This document shows, piece by piece, positions 59,655 to 64,000 of a stretch of 64,000 nt of DNA. Below the pieces are notes generated by a model that saw only the letters and a list, made by a program, of their open reading frames with translations, had not been told where the DNA came from and ran no database searches. The stretch spans positions 1 to 64,000 of the forward strand of contig NW_027437463.1 in NCBI RefSeq assembly GCF_964204645.1, given 5' to 3'. The stretch comes from Tubulanus polymorphus. Lineage: Eukaryota; Animalia; Nemertea. Both the position numbers and the translations under genes were made by a program. Position 1 is the first letter of the stretch. Every line of letters begins with the position of its first letter.

Positions 59655-60328
59655 AGGCCAGCCATAGGCTGAGCCTATTACTATACAAATGGAGCGAATT
59701 TAAATGACATGGTTTCCAGAGCAAAGGCTCTTTTACTGTGCAACTGAGCATATATTCATACAAATCATTCATTAAAGCATTATCCATTCTCCAAACTCTA
59801 CGTAGCTGAATTTTGAAAGAGGGCCTCGTTAAAATTTATATGAGCTTTTTCACGAATATCTGATCGCAAAAATATTGGTTTTGAAAAACCAATCAGAAAG
59901 CAAAGACTCCTCTATGATTGGCTTAGCCGCAGAAATCAGCAGGTGTTCACGTGAACCTGCGGTATCATCTACCGTTTTACTTCCGGGTTTTATTTTAAGA
60001 TCTAAAATTGTATTTCATGATCGATTTCTGTGAAAGCTTCAGTTGATTTGGTTTTTAGGAGGAATATTTTTATTAGCACTACAGAAAATATCATTGGCCA
60101 TTGTGCAAAGTCCGGGAAAAATTGCTTTTTCTTAAATCGGAAAGATGACCTTGATATGCTAATTAGCCATGTGCTCCAGCTACAAATGCAATCAAATTTT
60201 ATTCTGCAAAAAAATATAACATCCAATACAATTTTTCTTTATTGAACAAAAAATAACATCAAATCCAATTCAATTTTTTTTATTGAGCAAATTTCAGAAA
60301 ATTCAATTCTATTCCGCATTAAAATCAA
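59655..60328 (+). repeat. Dispersed repeat, copy 2 of 51856-52525, ending at the insertion at 60331
   Basis: Collinear similarity read directly. Confidence 0.85.
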
Positions 60329-60330
60329 TA

Positions 60331-61753
60331 GGGTAACTGACACTTTTTTTTAAATTTCAAAATATGATGTATTCTATTGATCTATACACTCATCTTCAAC
60401 CGTTCTGTACCAAAATGTTTAGTTTACGCGCAATTTGTGATTTTGAAACTAGATTTTTGACCTCATTTCGTTGTTTACATCGCTTACTGTTCAGCGTCGG
60501 CTAAATCAGCAGGTGCGCGCTGCAACGTCATTACAGGCAGAGCTGAGAAATAGCGTCTATAGAAATGTGTTAGATTTTGAGGAAGCTGCGTGTATTTTCT
60601 GTTATATCTCAATGCCAGATTGTTTTACAGCTTTGAAACTGGCCAGGGAGGCAAAAGGATCTATTGTCTATAGCATGAACCTATTTCAAAGAATCAATGA
60701 GTAATTTGAATAGGCTAAATCGATCAAATTGAAGAAGCAGATTTCAATCCGCTGCTATGAAGCTATTAAAGTACACTATGCTAAGCTCTCAGCACTGATA
60801 CTGCTGCTGCATAGTTCACCTATAGTTCAGCACCACAAGAACACTACACAGTGTCTTTCTTATAAGCGATCACAGATTTCGATCTCGCTAAAGAATAAAT
60901 AGATTTATATTCGTTTACTATTTACTATTTTTCATAGTCATTTAAGACTATAGTTTGAAAACTAAACATTTCAAAACTCTACAAAAACTTTCATAAATTT
61001 CTACAAATATTCAAAGGAATAATGTTTTTCGATTAAAGTTTCACGCTGCAGAAGAGTTTTGATAGATAACATCACAAATCTTTCACAAACGTTATTTCTA
61101 AGTTTTAAAATAGGAATGATGAGGAAATATTCTAATTTTGTGACCAAAGTCGCTACCAATACCAGGTATATTTCAAGAAAACAATTGAAATTGTTCTTGC
61201 GGCTAATTCAGTCTAAGTTTCATCAGTTCATAAGTCAAAATATTCTTAGATCTAACCATGATCTTACTATCACTAAATGATAATACAAAACGATGATTTA
61301 AACATCCGTGGTCCTTGCTGTCTACTAGAAAATGCCATGGATTGCTATTCAAATCCTATTTTTGCACTTAGTTTGAACGGATATGGTCCGTTCAACAGCT
61401 AATTATAATCATTAATATGTAGACTTTCAAAATCAAGAGGCATTTTGTCTCAATTCGAATGCCAAATAGGTATAAAATTAAGTTGAATTGCACTTGTAGC
61501 TTATTTCCTATTCATTTCTATAGACATCATTTCCGAGCCGTCACTTTAGTGACGTAGTTCTATTAATAGACACAGTACCACGCGTTCAGCAGAAGCAATG
61601 TATACACTGAACAGGTGCGCGAACATCAAAATCATCAATTCTGACTAGATTGAAAAGATTTTTCCAATTATAAAATCACCTAGCCTTATTGTATACTATA
61701 ATATATCGTTTAGTGTAAAAAGTAGAAAATCTTTGAAAAAGTGTCAGTTACCC
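60331..61753. mobile_element. Non-autonomous TIR element (GGGTAACTGACACTTTTT termini, flanked by TA)
   Basis: TA|GGGTAACTGACACTTTTT at 60329 and AAAAAGTGTCAGTTACCC|TA ending at 61755. Confidence 0.75.
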
Positions 61754-63587
61754 TATAAGACCAAGGGAAAAGATTTATCTGAGGTATTTGTTCCTGCCAG
61801 ATCCAGTCGCTGTCTGTGCTACTTTTGTATTCTACGATTCTAATACTACGCCCCAGTGTTATAGCTTCCGCGGCCATACATTGGAAGAGGTTTCGTTCTA
61901 AGACTCAATATTCAGCCACCCTCTGATATGTGACATCATATGAATTTTATTAGAATATTTTTTCATCTGGAAAAATATTTTTTTGAAAATATGAAATAGT
62001 TTCCCTGCTGCGCCTGCCTGTACCCTACGAAATTTTGGACGTAGACCATAAACAAATGTTTATCTTTGGTCTACAAAATAATTCTTTAAGAAAGATAGAA
62101 TACAATATAAACTTCTAGAACTTTGAAGTCACGAATTAAAAAGATTTTTCAAGCAATGCCTTTCCTCCAAACAACACTAGCTTTCAAGGTAAACCACACT
62201 TTGCCCATGGGCAATTTATTTTTCCGTGTGATGGAATAAGACAATGATTTACAGCGAAATATAAGGCGGCATGTAGTAGCAATGTGTATTTATGAATCGA
62301 TCAGTGATTATTATAGTAGTACAGACCATAGATGTTGCATGCAAGGATCCCACAGTACAGGGAAATTGGGAAAAATTTCTGAAATTCATTTACATTTCAC
62401 ATAGGCCTATTGCATTTGCCAAGGGAATTTTCTTCAGCGATTTCCCTTGAAAATCATATTTATCAACCAGTCACCACTAAAATGTTGACTGTAGTATGAT
62501 GGTATCTGTTCATTTTCCACTTGGGAAAATTAAAAAATCACCCATGAAATACTTGGGAAAACCTTTTTATTAGGATGACGGTACGTAGTACACGTCGTCC
62601 TATTGTTATCGTGAAATCCGTCATGTCAAACGATTACGTCCGTTTAACGCCACACATTCTATGCGTCTGGAACTTTCACAGTCGCTTAAATATGAAACAT
62701 AGAAGGTCGAGTTCATATATGGTGAATTTTTGTTATTTGGTTGATTAAGTATTGGCGAAATAAAAAAATTGAAACTCTAAAGTAGCGTCACCCCTGTCTA
62801 GAAATAAAACTGTATTAGTCCGTGCTTAAAATAGTGCCACGCATACATTTTTGAAATAGCACTTTACATAGGCCTATTCCATGATTTAGTTGTATATTTC
62901 TGTATTGTCGTTTATTGCCTGAAATTTCCGTATTTCCTTGGTGTGTGTGTCAGCGGATTAATTGAATGTTTAGGCATTGGTGATATGGACTCAGCGAGTA
63001 CACGTGCTACATCGATTCAACATTAGCTGCTGAATCGATACTCGTACGTCGAGCAACGCCGAAACTATGTTACTATTACTAGTAAAATGATTTATCGTCA
63101 TTAATTCTTTTGGACTTTCTCGTCAGCGATCGGTTTTTAGAGCCCGATTATGTGTATGTGGAGACCACGAATTGGTATTGTATTATACCTATAGAATACC
63201 TATAGACCTACGTATTATAATCCAAGTCTTTACAGCACTTCGATGACCGCATTGTACTTGTCACGTGATTTCAGTAACAACGGAAGCTTTTCCCTTGCCT
63301 CGTTCATTTTACGTGCAAGTCGCGGTAGGAGCTGCTTGGTAAATTTTGTTATCCCGGAATCATAACGTGTCAAAACGTGAAGTGAATTATTGCGAATATT
63401 GTCGTCTGGTCGTCTCCAGTCGTGGAGAACTGAATCGAACTCCGCAATAAAAGTGTATTGAAACTGAAATAAACATATTTGTACCAAGAAAGAACTTGTC
63501 ACTCGCGTCATCGGGATATCAGCCGTTACAGTTTGACACGAGATCCCACGATTGACACGTATCATCGAAGATCACGCGTTCGACACT

Positions 63588-64000
63588 ATGACATCACCGG
63601 TCGATACCAGCTCTCCTACCAGCATTACCGGACTCAAAAACAGTCGTCGCGGCTATAAGGCCAGCGTAACCAGAAAGCGGAACGAACTTAACACTTTATT
63701 CAAAGAGGAGACCGTCGACTCCGAAAGAATCGAACTTTATAGGGAAGAATTAGTCGTCGCATGGGAAAGATATATTAGCAGCCATAAAAAACTGATGTCA
63801 TCTCTGACCGAACAAACCGAGATCGACGACGAGGATGCCTGTTTTCTAGAAGAAAACGAAATACACGAAGATTTCTGAAGAACATCGATCACATTATTAC
63901 TATACCGCAACCTGCACTAGAATCGCCTAGTGAAACTACCGTCCAACATTTAACAAATCTCGTCAGTCTACAGCAGCGCCAAACGCAGAACCAGATGCAA
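63588..64000 (+). mobile_element. Start of a disrupted BEL/Pao-type gag, running off the window
   Basis: GLKNSRRGYKASVTRKRNEL..WERYISSHKKL resembles BEL/Pao gag N-termini; stop at 63876-63878. Confidence 0.5.

Noticed and set aside
63230-63565. 111-aa minus-strand ORF
   Set aside because: No recognisable motif; it overlaps the presumed LTR/leader of the BEL-like element.

Overview
Repeat-rich eukaryotic DNA, probably from an invertebrate animal (spliced transposases, GPANK1 and PDRG1 host genes). The centrepiece is a complete, very AT-rich Polinton/Maverick-type endogenous virus at 17482-33989 (16,508 bp, 120-bp TIRs, perfect 6-bp TSD ATAGTG). It encodes a protein-primed PolB, a chromodomain integrase, an A32-like ATPase, major and minor capsid proteins and several membrane proteins. 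Three traits point to dependence on a cytoplasmic large DNA virus. (1) The pPolB carries a LAGLIDADG intein inside the catalytic YxD/TD motif that resembles giant-virus PolB inteins. (2) 14 of 15 genes start within TAAATG, and 10 of 15 show the poxvirus late-promoter layout of T-run, 5-8 bp spacer, TAAAT. (3) It encodes a zinc-finger/VLTF3(A2)-like transcription factor. This copy has six disabling lesions. To the left lie a Tx1/L1-like ORF1, an intron-rich two-gene CACTA/EnSpm element with a near-identical inverted ~2-kb duplicate, and BEL/Pao, DIRS-like and LINE relics. To the right lie 61-bp and 190-bp tandem arrays (the latter inside a nested TIR element with 8-bp TSDs), MITEs, GPANK1, a PDRG1 exon and the start of a BEL/Pao gag. 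All assignments come from motif reading by eye; no searches were run.
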